Source: Oopsacas minuta (lineage: Eukaryota; Animalia; Porifera). Taken from it: a stretch of DNA of 64,000 bases. Numbering within the stretch: position 1 is the stretch's first letter; every line of letters begins with the position of its first letter. The stretch spans positions 62,001 to 126,000 of the forward strand of contig JAKMXF010000055.1 of the NCBI GenBank assembly GCA_024704765.1, given 5' to 3'. The position numbers were made by a program, and so were the translations under genes. This document shows, one piece after another, positions 25,514-38,209 of this stretch. The notes under the pieces were generated by a model that saw nothing but the letters and a program-made list of their open reading frames with translations, ran no database searches and was not told where the DNA came from.

Positions 25514-26613
25514 GGTTGACACTTGCCCTGTGTAATACCCCGATAATGTTTAGCCAGTGCAGAGCAAAAGTATCAAGTTTGGATAGCTAATATAATACGG
25601 GTGGTATTTCTTGCCTGAACCAAATGTGCGGGGTCAAATGTCTATTATAGATAAACTTGAGCAAGTGTAATCAGTTTGTAACTGCAACACATTCTCATTA
25701 TAACGAAGTGTTCTGGACTGGTACGGAACCCGGTTACATTTCGTGATCTGCAGCATTAGGATATATGCGGAGTAAGATCAATACTTTCAAGCTAGAGGAG
25801 GTTTGTGAATCACTTTGTTATAGCGTGAGTTTAGTCATATAATTGATGTTAGCTTATAACGGAAATTTACAGTACTGGCCCTTATGAGGTCGTGTAACAG
25901 GTTCGGCGGTCGCTCCGAACCAATAATTAGCAATGTATATTAATGGTGAGATGTGATGAATGCTGCAACAGTAAGTTTGTGATTCTTGCGTCCCTACAAT
26001 GCCAGTATTATTAGACAGTCAACTCCGCTTAATTAGGACAAATTCAGGTAATCGAGTGAGAATTAGTAACTCACTCAAGACGATTCTCTCTTGATTTAGG
26101 AAGTTGTAATAAGCTACGTACTAGGTACATCGCCTAATTTGGGATTAATGTGGCCAAATCAAATTCTATTTACTAGTTATTGTTATCGGAAGACAATATA
26201 ACGATCCGAATGAGAAATTTATTTGATTATGGGATTATTTACATAAATTTTCTTTACAACCAACAATCACCTAAAATATGGTAAATATGCTTGAGATTAA
26301 ACATGAGAAGTGTGGTAAAAATATGTAGTTTCAGATGTAATTTCTATTGTATAGATTTGTTGATGTGTTCATAGTTATACCAGTATCTATTACATACAAA
26401 ATTTAGTATAATTGGAATGCTGTTTGCTGGTTACTGAGTTGAACAACAAATGGTTTAGGAAAGTGGCATGCAAACCACATGTAATTATTACTTATAATTA
26501 AAGAATACATTCCAAACGATCAATCTTAAGTCAAGTATAAAAGGAATATCAGGGAAATATAACTAACAAATCCTAATTATTCGAGTTGTGATATTTCTAT
26601 TATAAAACCCTTA

Positions 26614-27240
26614 ATGGCAGTTGCTCCATCGTTTCAACCTCTGCTGGTTCCTACAATATTTCCAGTTATTGAAGAAATGACCTTAAAACAACTTTTTCGT
26701 AATATCACTATTGATGAAGATACTTGTATAGCATGGCTCAAAAGTAACGGACTTTTAGCTACTGGGATGATGTGCAAATGCGGTAGAATTATGAGACCCG
26801 GAACATTTTCAGGTATTGCAGATGGAAAGGGGTGGAGGTGCCCGGAAAGTCATGCAAGAAATTCGCTTCGATGAGGATTGGCTCATTCTTTGAAGGTGCT
26901 CATATACCGTTAACTGAGTTGGTAGAATTTCTCTATTTCTGGGCCGATAATCTTCAAACTACTGCCTTTTTACACAAGAATCTGGGGTGGGGAGAGCATA
27001 CTATAACAGACTGGAAGAACTCCCTCAGAGACCTATGTGTTGAAGAATTTTTAGTCAATCCTCAACCAATTGGAGGGCCTGGGCATATTGTAGAAATAGA
27101 TGAATCAAAGTTTGGACATCGAAAGTATTCAAGAGGTCGTATGCTATCAGGTCAATGGGTATTTGGAGGAATAGATAGAGAGACAAAGGATACCTTTATG
27201 ATACCTGTTCAAGACAGGTCGGCTGCAACATTAGTCCCTC
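26614..27240 (+). mobile_element. Merlin (IS1595/ISXO2-like) transposase, frameshifted and 3'-truncated
   Basis: Zn-ribbon CKC...WRC; VEIDESKFGHRKY.RGR...QWVFGGIDRETK...PVQDRSAATL. Confidence 0.88.
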
Positions 27241-27254
27241 CTAGAATTTTAGCT

Positions 27255-27760
27255 AATAAGGCCCCAGGTGCATTGTCCGCACAAAATGCTATCATACTCT
27301 CTATATTTAATTGATATTTCGAAATAACCCCCAAAAGCATGTCTGTAACCTGTTGAGTTTTCTCACCTTCTAGATGAATAAAATCTAAGAGCTTATTCTG
27401 AATGCCGTCTTAGTTGAAATAGCGTACAATAATAGGGAATGTCTTTAATTCAGTATGATTTGAAGCATCAGTTGGTGATGAAACTTTATCACTGATTTTG
27501 ATTCAACTAATAGCTCTTCAATGCTTAGAGGTGCTAAAAGGCCAATTAAAATGCTTTCAGTTTTGGTTCTAGCAGAATGAAAGTTCTTGGCCATTTCAGA
27601 ATCAGAAAAACAGACTGAGATAGCACAACTCTGGATTAACATAGCTAGACGAAGGACACTCCTTATTTCAGAGGTAGCATTCTCTGGTAGACCTAGAGCT
27701 ACCGCTTTTATAGCATAGCAATCCTCTGTTACTGTTCCTGTGGACTTCAAGTACTTCCAA
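27255..27760 (-). mobile_element. hAT-like transposase internal fragment (ZNF862/ZMYM-like class)
   Basis: ARTKTESIL..LLAP, DASNHTELKTFPIIVRYF, KLLDFIH and IAFCADNAP across frames; partial copy at 38210-38340. Confidence 0.65.
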
Positions 27761-28482
27761 ACTTCTCAAATGCATCCACCTTCACAACCCATATAGTATA
27801 TAGAATAAGATATTCACATACTTGCTGATTAGTCTCCCAAGATTCATGGATTATCCCCGAATTTTCATACAAATCAAAGGAAGAAATTGATTTTTTCAAA
27901 TAATTGTTTGAAATTGCTATTCAAGGATGGAAACTTGGAAATACCGAAATTTAGCAAAGAGATTATACAAATAGGTTTGCCAGTAATTAACTGTCACATA
28001 TTGCCTAGTTTGTATACTGCCTTCATCTTCCTATAATACTTCTGATTTCCTTCTAGAATCCTTAAATTCAACCATTTCAACCCTAAACACCACTTCATTC
28101 ACTCCAAAATAAACAAATGTTTCAAGCAATTGTCAACATACTAGACAGCAATTAGTCAGGTTTGCGTTGCATGTTGCACTGTATAGTTAGTAATTCAATC
28201 AAACATACTGTGATTAAGTCACCAATTCAAAATGCACTATCTCTATGATTCTCTGAAGCTTTCCGTTCTTTTGCAATAAACTACACTCCAAATAGTAAAT
28301 AAACAGAACTTACCTCTACTAGAACTAGCACAAAATACCAGCTGTTAAGGTGATAGCCTCGGCAGCCGGAATACCTCCTACGAATATCGTACAAATATAG
28401 ACAAAATATTTGTTGTTGATATTCATGTCGCGGCACTTGACTTCGTGTATTAATTGAGTTATTCATTCTAGGTTAATTTGAC

Positions 28483-29001
28483 TTGATTAAGGATGTTGAG
28501 GAGTCAACAGCCCCAGAACAACCCCCTCCACCTATTTCACCACCTCAAAAAGTCTCCAGGAAGCGTAAACACACAGAATCCGAATGTAATACACCACAAA
28601 CTTCACCATCAAAGCACTCTATGTGTCTACGTAGTTCCTCAAAGTCCCCTCCCCATCCTGTCACCACCTCCAAAACGCCGCAAACGCCACAATATCCAGT
28701 TACTCCTAATAATCCTACTGGAGGTTATTTAGAGTCGTCGTCCAAGACACCGCGTAGGCTTTCAATAATATCCTCACACACCCGTATACGCAAAAAATTG
28801 GATTTTAATCCTCGCTCTCCAGGGGGAACTTTTACTTCACTATCAGACTTATTCGATTACGATGATTTTCTCGTAAAGAGCCACAAACAAAAAGAAATAG
28901 TCCCCCTTCAATTCCCAGCATCAGTCCTACTAAATGTTCTCCCGTCGCAGAAAGTGAATTTCTATCTCCATACTTCTGCCAAGAAGAATTGGTATAAATA
29001 A
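28483..29001 (+). CDS. Ser/Thr/Pro-rich disordered protein, multicopy family member 1
   Basis: 172-aa ORF (TTG start) with many S/T-P sites and DFNPRSPGGTFTSLSDLFDYDDF shared with paralogs. Confidence 0.5.
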   Translation: MIKDVEESTAPEQPPPPISPPQKVSRKRKHTESECNTPQTSPSKHSMCLRSSSKSPPHPVTTSKTPQTPQYPVTPNNPTGGYLESSSKTPRRLSIISSHTRIRKKLDFNPRSPGGTFTSLSDLFDYDDFLVKSHKQKEIVPLQFPASVLLNVLPSQKVNFYLHTSAKKNWYK

Positions 29002-29189
29002 TAGTGTAATATTAGTAATCTCTTTTAATTACATTATGTTGTAAGGGAATAATGATATGATCCTCCCTTTATCATATATCGTGTCAGGTATTTGGGCAGT
29101 GATTGTTTGTTGTTAAGCAGCTAGAGACATAAGTGTCTCTTTAGCAAAAGTATTGCTTGTTCGGAAATCTACTGAGTGTGATATCGTCC

Positions 29190-30050
29190 CGATTAAAGTT
29201 TAGATCAGTTACTTCACTTGTGGAGTTTTGAGGAACACATTAATACCTTCAAAGTCAGTTGATATCTTCTCCAGAACTGAATATATTTCCCCTCAAGTTT
29301 AATGATAGGTTTTCAGGAATTAACATACTGGTGGCGGCTGTGTGTTATTAAATCATTCATGACTAAACGAAAACTATTCAAATCCAATGTAAGTCGCGGC
29401 CAACTCCGACAGTTTCCAAACTTGATGCAAAATCAGGTCTCAACCGAATATCTTCTGAGATACTGTGGTCATCTTGACAATCTTAAGGAAAAATTTTGTA
29501 GAACGTTTCGCCGACGTTATCAACATGGAGATACCGGGATGGATTATCCGTCCGTATTCGTGCGATTTGCAACAGGTACCTATTGAACTTCAGGAATCAC
29601 TGATTGATTTACACAGCGATGATGTAGTGAAGTCTTCGTTCCCTGAACAATACTACAACATTTTGTGGTGCAATATTGCTGATCAATACCCTGCTCTATG
29701 CGCCAGCGGGAAAGTAATGATATTGTCTTTTCCAACATCGTACCTCGTGGAGGAGGGTTTCTCAACCGTTGTTGGACTTCTCACAAAGAAGAGGAATAGG
29801 CTGGAGATAACCAAACATGGTGGTGACCTTCGGCTCTTCTTGAACAAATTCAGTCCTGATCTGAAAAATATTCTAACTGGGCACCAGACTCAACCTTCAC
29901 ACTAGACTTATACAAATGAAAAATGTAAATAAATTATGCCTTAGCATTTGATAATATAATTAATATACAAACGGGATGGGACGAGGGGGAGGTGAGGGAT
30001 GGCCCGATCATCGAAGGGGGCGACCGACAGAAAAAGGTTGAGAAACGCCG
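29190..30050 (+). mobile_element. Buster-type hAT 3' remnant with right TIR
   Basis: ERFADV..MEIP.WI, QESLIDL, FPTSYLVEEGFS, KKRNRL, GDLRL, QPSH; TIR AGGTTGAGAAACGCCG at 30035-30050. Confidence 0.85.
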
Positions 30051-30735
30051 GTGTAGAGGGTTTATATATACACTATTATGTGAATAACACATTCAAGAAG
30101 AGTAATAAACTAATAATATATTGAATAATATTTGCATTATACTATACCCACAACAGATAAACAGATATTCCGCTTATAATCAAGTCGTTGAGAGCCAGTC
30201 TTAAGACTGGCTCTCAACGACAATATATATGGATAGGGGGACGTGGATCGTTTTACTGATGAAGTGGGGGATTTCGCAAGCATGCTGCCGCTTTCTGGAA
30301 GCGGAAAGGGTTGCCATCAGAGGGGGAGGAGGAGAATTGGTTGCCTCAGGATTATTTGAAGTCGTTGGAATCGGAATCTAGTAAAGAAAATATACTATAC
30401 CTACAACAGATAAACAGATATTCTGCTTATAATCAAGTAATATATTCGACTTCAAACTATAAACGTTACACAATGCTACAGGGGGAAGGGTAGTAAGCAA
30501 AGTAAGACAATCCAAATTTCATTTTATTACAAAATATTTGTAGGATAACTTCCATTAAGCACAATTTTAGGAATACTACTCCCTGTCTTATGGGATTGGG
30601 TTATTGTGCGAATTTACTCAATATTAGTTCACAGTTCAATCTTATCGGTCTCAAAGTATTCTTAGGGACTGGCTCTCAACGACAATACATAGGATCATAT
30701 AAGGAATGAATGAATTAGCTAACAAAGTAAAGTAT

Positions 30736-31576
30736 TCAACTAGGAACACCTGAGTAACAAATACTAACAAATATATTAAACAAATTTTTCATCACAGAAG
30801 AAAGGAGACCGAACTTCACTTTCTGGAATGGGAGAAGAATGAGGAAGAAAGATGGCGATAGAAGAGGGACTGTATTTTCTTTTCGTAGGGGGTTCTCTTG
30901 CGAGAAAGTCATCATAGTCGAACAGGTCGGATATTGAAGTAAAACTTCCCCCTGGAGACCGAGGGTTAAAGTCAATTTGTTTGGGTTTACGAGTGTGCAA
31001 CGATCTCCTTAAAGACCTGCGCGGAGTCTTGAAGGGGGACTCTATAACACATCCAGTAGCAATATTGGGAGGGGACTTTGGGGAATTGCGTAGACACATA
31101 GAGTGTTTTGAAGGGGAAGTGGGGGGGTGTCACCGGGATGCTTCCGCTTTCTGGAAGCAGAAAGGGTTGCCATTGGAGGGGGAGGAGGAGAATTGGTAGT
31201 TGTGGGAATCGGAATCTAGTAAAGAAAATAAAATAAAACTCGTCCATAATAGCATGTATACATTCACAAATTCTGGTGTACTCACTCTTGGTGGTGGAGC
31301 AGTACTTTCACGATATAACAAGATTTCTTCTCGAAGGGAGTCACATATCATTAAAGAATTATCTAGTTCCCTCTTCAATCCTTTACTAGTTATTAATAGA
31401 GCTTGCTTTTCACCCTCCAACTGTTCCCTCTCAGTCTCTTCTATTTTAGTATTATTATTCACTATTTGTTTTTTCAATATGTGATTATCTTTAGTGAGTT
31501 TCTTAATCAGTTCACGTAGATCAGCTGTTAGTTCGTCATTCACTACCTGTAATATCTTATATAATATTTCAAACAT
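30736..31576 (-). pseudogene. Coiled-coil exon plus diverged member of the S/T/P-rich family
   Basis: IDFNPRSPGGSFTSISDLFDYDDFL in ORF 30776-31099; coiled-coil ORF 31130-31576 related to 40521-41068. Confidence 0.5.
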
Positions 31577-31723
31577 TAAATAATTGGAGAAATTCCTATT
31601 TACAATTTGTATATTATTCCTATTTAAGTCACATTGAAGTGTCTTAAACTATTTTAGCTATTCTTAGACAATTCGTTAGTGGATTTTGGGAAAATTTTAA
31701 CGCAGAATATAATGAAGGGATTA

Positions 31724-32263
31724 TCAATGATCAGTAAGATAGATGAAACTAACTTTCTTAGAATCTTCAATTAGGATATTTTTCTGAGTTCCATCCGTTC
31801 CTACCAACGTATTACGGTATACAATCTTTGGTTTATTCAACTTATCCACTCCCTCTTTCTCCTTCTCCTTCTCCTTCTTCTCGAGGAATTCTTTCAATAG
31901 CTCTTCTTTCTCGCCGTCAATAGCAAGCTCTATTTCCGGCATTTTCGTTCCTCTTTGATAAGGAGCCACGTGGAAGGTGTGAATATCCGCAGAAAGATTT
32001 ACATCATTAACACTTAGCCATCCGTCATGCCCTCCAGGAGACAGTTGTGTCTTTGTTTGGAATCTAGCATCTTTCTCTGACCACAACAAACTGATTCTTT
32101 TACCATCTTGTGTGAACAGCTGTACTTCTTTCTCGAGAGTAGCTCTCTCCTTTGTCCAGAAGAGTAGTACCTTAGGTAGCTGTACTGGATTGTCAATTGA
32201 CCCGTGGAAGTGCTCGGGTTCTAGAAGCAGTAGGAAAATTAACTTTTTCCAAAATACAAACAT
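31724..32263 (-). CDS. 179-aa ORF with possible AMPK-beta-like CBM48/E-set fold
   Basis: By eye, LLFWT..EVQL..RISLLWS..F.TKTQLSPGGH.GWLSVND aligns loosely with AMPK-beta VFRWT..EVYL..KLPLTRS..FVAILDLPEGEHQYKFFVDG. Confidence 0.3.
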   Translation of the reverse strand: MFVFWKKLIFLLLLEPEHFHGSIDNPVQLPKVLLFWTKERATLEKEVQLFTQDGKRISLLWSEKDARFQTKTQLSPGGHDGWLSVNDVNLSADIHTFHVAPYQRGTKMPEIELAIDGEKEELLKEFLEKKEKEKEKEGVDKLNKPKIVYRNTLVGTDGTQKNILIEDSKKVSFIYLTDH

Positions 32264-32516
32264 TTATCATAGAAATAAATGCAAATACTAACCAAGCTAT
32301 TTTTAGCCAATATAGTAATTTATAATAATAATAAACAAGCATAAAGCAACAGGAATTCTGATTTCATAGCTCATACAAGAAATGAGCCAGTTATAAACTT
32401 TCAAAGTTAAACAATACAAATGATCCATGGACCCGCTGGATTAGGAATTTTTTACCTGTTAGAATCGATAAGATCGCCAAATTATAGTCCAATCATATAA
32501 CTTAATACAAAACTTA

Positions 32517-33852
32517 CAGTCTGTCAACTAATTATTTAGAATTTTTGGGTATATATTTCTACTATGATGTTAGGAGGAGAAGGTCTTATAATCAAAGGAA
32601 TACATAAAAATATCATAAAATTTAATAATTAATACTTTCTCCACTCCCCTCTATGATCAGATTACAGCGAGACGTCATTGACTTCCAATATGGAATAAGG
32701 AATTCTGGCTCTATGTTGCCCCAAATCTCTTACAACTTGCATTTTAATTCTGCTATTGTCTTGGGCCCCTTTTTCACAATTGTTTGCTTCAACCATCCAA
32801 ATAGGTTTTCTATCGGATTCATATCCGGGCTTTGTGATGGCCATGGCATCTTATTTGGTACATTTTTCTCGATCCACTGTCTGGTGAATTTTGAAGTATG
32901 ATTTGGATCGTTATCCATTACCAATCTCCAGTCATTACCATGAAAAACCTCTGCCTGCCTTACTAAATGACCTTCCATTATCGAAATAAATAACTGGCTA
33001 TTCATGCTTTCCTTAAATATGCAGAGTGGGAAATCTCCCATAGATGAAAAAGCCGCCCAAACGTTGATTTTGGGGGAATGTTTTGTTGTTCGACATAATC
33101 TTTAAATCCTCTCTTAGTCCACATTCTTATCCTTCCTCTAGCCAGCCATATCGACATTTCATCTACAAAGATGGTCTTGGCCCAATCTTTAACAGGGTAT
33201 TTGTACTTTCTAGCCCACTTGACACGATAAATTTTGTGCATTTCACTCAACATTGGGGCTAGAGTAGGGTAGGGTTTAGAGTAGGACATATCTTTCAAAC
33301 CTCTACGAACTGTTTCGTGTGAGACGTCTGGAGCAAGGTTTGAGGCAAGAGATCTCAAAGACATATGTGGGTTATGTCGAATATGCGCAGCCAAACTCTT
33401 TTTAATTGAATTGCGAAGGGTACGAGGCCTACCAGCACCTGCTTTATGCCGGAGGGAAGAACCACTCGAAATTCTCTTACGGATATTGTATACTGTAGCC
33501 AAACTAACAACTGCCATCTTCGATATTTCGATATATGTGAATTTAGAAAGTGCTAACAAGTGGTGCACGGTATCTCTTTTTCCGAGCTGTGATGTATTTA
33601 AGATCATTTCTAAGAACAGTAGCTAGAAAAAGTAATAGAACCAAAAAGATTTAAAAGTATGACGTCATCATGGCAAGAGGGTCCCAAAAAATATTTATAA
33701 GAAAATTTTTGGTACTTGAGAGCAGATGTATGATAAAAATGCAAAACAGTGATATATAAAACGGATATATCTTAAGAGTATAACTTCAATATAAATGTAT
33801 GACTTGGTTCTATTATTACTGAGTATATTCTAAATAATTAGTCGACAGACTG
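32517..33852 (-). mobile_element. Full-length Tc1-family (DD34E) transposon
   Basis: 26-bp TIRs CAGTCTGTC(A/G)ACTAATTATTTAGAAT with one mismatch; TA on both flanks (32515-16, 33853-54). Confidence 0.95.
32650..33607 (-). pseudogene. Tc1 transposase, frameshift and premature stop
   Basis: HTH..GRPR, FVDE, MDNDPNH and SPDMNPIEN with 34 residues between D and E; split between ORFs 33002-33607 and 32730-33041. Confidence 0.92.
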
Positions 33853-34011
33853 TATATACGTATTCCAATATTTGTGTAAAATAGTTCCAAAAATAAGAAC
33901 TTACAAATATTTACATATAACGCTAGCGTATCCATAAATGAAGCAAATTATAATCTAAAATTACAACTACAGATGCCATAAATAATTAATATTACTTTCC
34001 TATACACATAC

Positions 34012-34447
34012 CTGAATACCTGAATGACTACACAGATAGAAATTAAATTCTGTTGGATGAGTAATACCTACATCTACTATAGTACCAACTGGGATGTTAC
34101 CAGATTTACCACATTGATCGTTCTTCTCTCAACAGAACAGATGGGTGTGGTGTCTCTTCTGGACGGTAACGAATGTAATGCCAGGCTTGTAGTCAGCTTC
34201 TAGTTCACTACAAGCTTCTCTTACTGCTCTCAATTCTTGATTCAATACCTGTGACGTAAATAGACTCACTACATTATAACTACCATACTTTCAACCCTCT
34301 CTGAAGCTTAAACCTGGCAGATTTGTAGAATTAAACCAATAGATCTCTGACAATAGCAGCTAGCTCTGCTATTATCTCTTGTCTATGTTGCTGCACACGG
34401 ACTGAGGCACTGTAACGACTGGGATGAGCGTCCATACTTCCAACTAA
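34012..34447 (-). pseudogene. AGO: Argonaute PIWI-domain fragment (two exons, not in ORF track)
   Basis: Exon from 34447: [44 protein letters not shown]; exon 34248-34012 (AG/GT-bounded): [31 protein letters not shown]...[29 protein letters not shown]. Confidence 0.93.
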
Positions 34448-34549
34448 CTAACAATACAAGAAAGAGTGTAAATAGAGAATTGAAATGTTATAACGGGTAT
34501 TCGGACTCAGCCACTTCTGACCCTGTTGAATATTGGAGAGAATAATACC

Positions 34550-34682
34550 GGTAACAGTGGATACAGGTAGCAATGGATACTAGTAACAGTGGATAACGGT
34601 AGCAGTGGATACAGGTAACAATGAATACTGGCAGCAGTGGATACTGGTAACAATGGACACAGGTAGCAGTGGATACAGGTAC
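34550..34682. repeat. 16-bp minisatellite x8 (GGTA(A/G)CA(G/A)TGGATAC(A/T))
   Basis: Eight head-to-tail units with largely alternating AAC/AGC variants. Confidence 0.92.
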
Positions 34683-34973
34683 CAGGGGCATCTATTGTAT
34701 GCCAGTTATAAGAACCATGGATATGTACTAATTGAATAATGATGTCTGCCACAATGCTACACATTTTCTCACCTATACACGATTTGTAAAGACGGAAACT
34801 AAGAAAGAAAAGTTAGGGAAAAATACAAAATAAAATGTTTGTATTTACCAAATTAGTATTCAACAAATCGCTTCATTTGTTTATACAAAAGCTAGCAATA
34901 TAATTTGACCGGGTAAGTCTTATCGTACTCTTATCGCCCCTCCTAGGGCTAGGGAGTATGGGAGTCGGGACTC

Positions 34974-36130
34974 TCAGGCTCTTGAAGACATTCTTGGACT
35001 CACTGCGTCGTTCTTCCGCCTGAATAGAGCAAAGCTCTTCCTCTTTGCTTTCTTGTCAGAATTCGAAGATTCCTGTTGAGACATTAAATTGTTAAGTGAC
35101 GCGTTAAGTAGTTTCCAAGCAACCGAATCACTCTGAGGAATTTGTAGAGTATTAGCCATTTTGTGATAATCACGTGAGTTATCAAAATATAGGACAGCTC
35201 CGTGGAGACCTCTGGACTCAATGTTGCCAGTGCAACCACCCAGACCAATGGGATGTAACCATAAGGAATTCTATCTTTTGGACCAGAAGGGTAGATCTGT
35301 CCGGTCCGTGAATGATTGTCTCTGCTTGTTTTCTAGAATATTCATCTCATAGTTGAGGGAACGGAGAGCAAACATTCCCTACTGGAGACTATTCCTGTGG
35401 GAACTCTCAACCATTCCTAAACTGGTACTTAGTTCCTTCTTGGACAGATGTTCTAGCACCCTTCCGTCTACACAGCATTGTCTAGAAATAATAGGAAAAT
35501 TAATAACAACAAATACACGTGTTAACTAACAAGTAAATAACAACAAACCTGAAATTAGTGTTGTACTGAGTTAGACCTAGAGAAGGCAGCCAATGAGAAG
35601 CTATCCACTCGTAGTCAACAGCTCTGTAGGTGGGGTAGAGACAAGGGGTACTAGCTTTAGAGAGACCTGCCCTCTCTTGGACAGCATTCATGGGGTTGAG
35701 TCTCAGGAGAGGCTGTAGTATTCCCAGTTCTTGTTCGTAGTCCCTCTTGTCCATTGACAGGAGCATAGGAACTGTTTTGCATTGCAATCTGACTGCATCT
35801 CCCACTGACCCCGGTAAACCCCTGCTCCACCGCTACCCACGCCTGAAGAGCCCCTGGAGATCATAACAGGAATTGTGTGTTCTCTCATTCCACAAATGAG
35901 ATTGATGCCTGTAGTCTAGCTAGTCTCCCTTCTGGCGCCTCACACACACCTACAGAAGAGGGATCTCTTTTGTACCCGGGGACTTAGTTTCGCTAAAGGA
36001 ACTGATTATCCGTCGGATAGAGAATTTCCTCTTGAGTGATTTCTTGCGGAAGCGGGACATGTAGAGCTTGGGAGCTACTGACTCCAATTCTGTCCTATCA
36101 AAGAGGGACTCATCCACTATATGTGAGTTA
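34974..36130 (-). pseudogene. PPFIA: Liprin-alpha-like triple SAM region, degraded
   Basis: YEQELGI..PL.RL, YEWIASHWLPSLGLTQY, VDGRVLEHLSKKEL, HRNSLQ*G, GLHGAVLYFD...KMANTLQIP; stops and frameshifts. Confidence 0.8.
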
Positions 36131-37465
36131 TCAGATATTGTGGTACCGGTTATTTACAGTAGTGTTCGCCTAATAGCAATATTGCTCAATTTGTAAGTTA
36201 CTTTTAGCCCCTAAGTGAGTATTTCTTGTATATTTTGTTCCTCTAATAGCAAGTTAGATTATTAGTTAGCAAATTCCGTTCAAAAATACGACTTGTTATT
36301 ACTCAAACACCACAGATAATGCATATTGATTACACTGTGCTTTATAGTGTATCTAAACAATATACTAAAGTAGTATTACGAATGGAAATATCAAAGAGTT
36401 CAAATGTTCATTGAAACTTTCGTGATCGGGTTATCGGTCCTGTAGATTGCTTAGGTGTTAGTGTGATTTTGGAATTCATATTTCTACAACAATCAGGCAT
36501 TGGTACAATATTCTTGGAGCGGATAGATCCTTGCCTAATTAAAGCATCTAAAATATCTTTCCCCTCAACCATCACCATGTACTTCTCAACTCTCCCAACA
36601 GAATTGCGTTTTCCCAATTTCAATTTGCATCTTTTGGGAGTCTTTGGAGGAGATGAAAAGGTAACCTCCTTAATACTATAATTCCGAAACTTCCCTTTCC
36701 CTCTGAGCGAAGACATAAATGCTCTCATCTCAGTTTCCTTTCCCAATCAACTTCCAGAAAGCGGACGCATGCTTGTGACATCCCCCCCACTCACAAACAA
36801 AGCACTCCATGTGTCTACGTCCCTATATATTGTCGTTGAGAGCCAGTTTCCTTTCGATTACATGTACATTAAGATAAATATCCCGAAAGGACAACAAACT
36901 TCTATTTGTAAATTAGTATTATATTGTAAATACCAATTTTGCTAACGTCAACACTAAATCCCGCCTAAACAACTCAACCACAAATTTATGAACCCCAAAG
37001 ATGTCACAAAGGATTCACATACCCAATAAATGAATCAGGTTGAAACCTGAAACTGGACTTGTAGCTACGGTCCTGTAGTATAATAAGTATAGTTTGCCTA
37101 AAAATGCCAAATACACACTGGCCTTCTCGAGAACATATCTAGCCGTATAGTAAGTAGGCTATTGTATCTTCCTCTAGCGAAGTTAAGATGGAAAATAAGA
37201 GAAGGAAGTTTCTAGGCGGGATAGTTGAATACTAGCGCTACGCTTGCTAGTACGCTGTACGACAGCTTACTGCTCCGCGTTAGCTTATCGAGTTATTGGC
37301 CGCGTAGCGACCAATAACTTGAGCCAATAATATACCCATCTGACTTGGCCCATATTATATCCTCTGCTTTATGGAAGTAAAATAAACATACACAAGGAAG
37401 GGGTGTAGAAATGTAGTTCAACAATCTTAATATTACAAATCCAATATTTATCATAAGTACACAAA

Positions 37466-37696
37466 TTATCCAGTAACAACTTATGATTCTACTCGACACT
37501 CATCGTTATCCTTTAGTATTTTAAAGTATCCTCCTAAACTGCCCCATGATGTACCCCAAGAATTGGCACAGAGCCAGTGAGGTGTAGCATAACTATCTAC
37601 ACCCTAGCCCATGATCTTTACGGTATGTACTCCGATCAGTGCTCCGTATGTGTACTTGTATACTCCTTTACTGTATGCATAGAAGTCTTCTTATAC
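37466..37696 (-). pseudogene. CTSB: Cathepsin B-like (papain C1A) last exon with in-frame stops (not in ORF track)
   Basis: V*EDFYAYSKGVYKYTYG.LIGVHTVKIMG*GV....[19 protein letters not shown]...DEC.VES; catalytic His and Asn motifs retained; AG acceptor at 37697-98. Confidence 0.88.
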
Positions 37697-38209
37697 CTGA
37701 AAATAAATATTTTAACTAGAATATTAGCAGAATAATTAATTTAGTAAATTATGAATTCAAACGTGACGTAACGAATCAAATACACTGAAACCTTCACAAA
37801 CGGGGCATATGGAAACGGAATAGCACTTTTCGCCGTCTCTGGCACTCGTTTGTCTTAGGTTACACTGTATTTTAAATCTCAATGTTGTCCGAAATATCTT
37901 AAAAATTGAGTTGACTGTGAAACTGGTAACAGCTGTGAGCTATAAATATGATATGTGTATGGAAATTCAATCAACTTGAGTTAATTTCAAATTTCAAAGC
38001 CAAATCTTGGCTCATCTCTGTGAAAAGGTGACGAAATGTTCTCCCTATGGTATACATTGATTCATTCAATGATGAATTGAAGAAGTTGAGAGGCAAAACG
38101 GACGTGAATCATCACTCACATATAAAGCAGTCTCAACTGGACCTTTGGTATATATTTCATACATTATCTTATTGATACCACTGAGTGAGTAAGCACCATA
38201 TACAGTATA

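Noticed and set aside
34550-34682. CRISPR-like array (also 59154-59374)
   Set aside because: Head-to-tail minisatellites without unique spacers; eukaryotic context; no cas genes
34488-34764. Cys/His-rich repeat-protein ORFs
   Set aside because: Translations of a 16-bp (non-triplet) minisatellite
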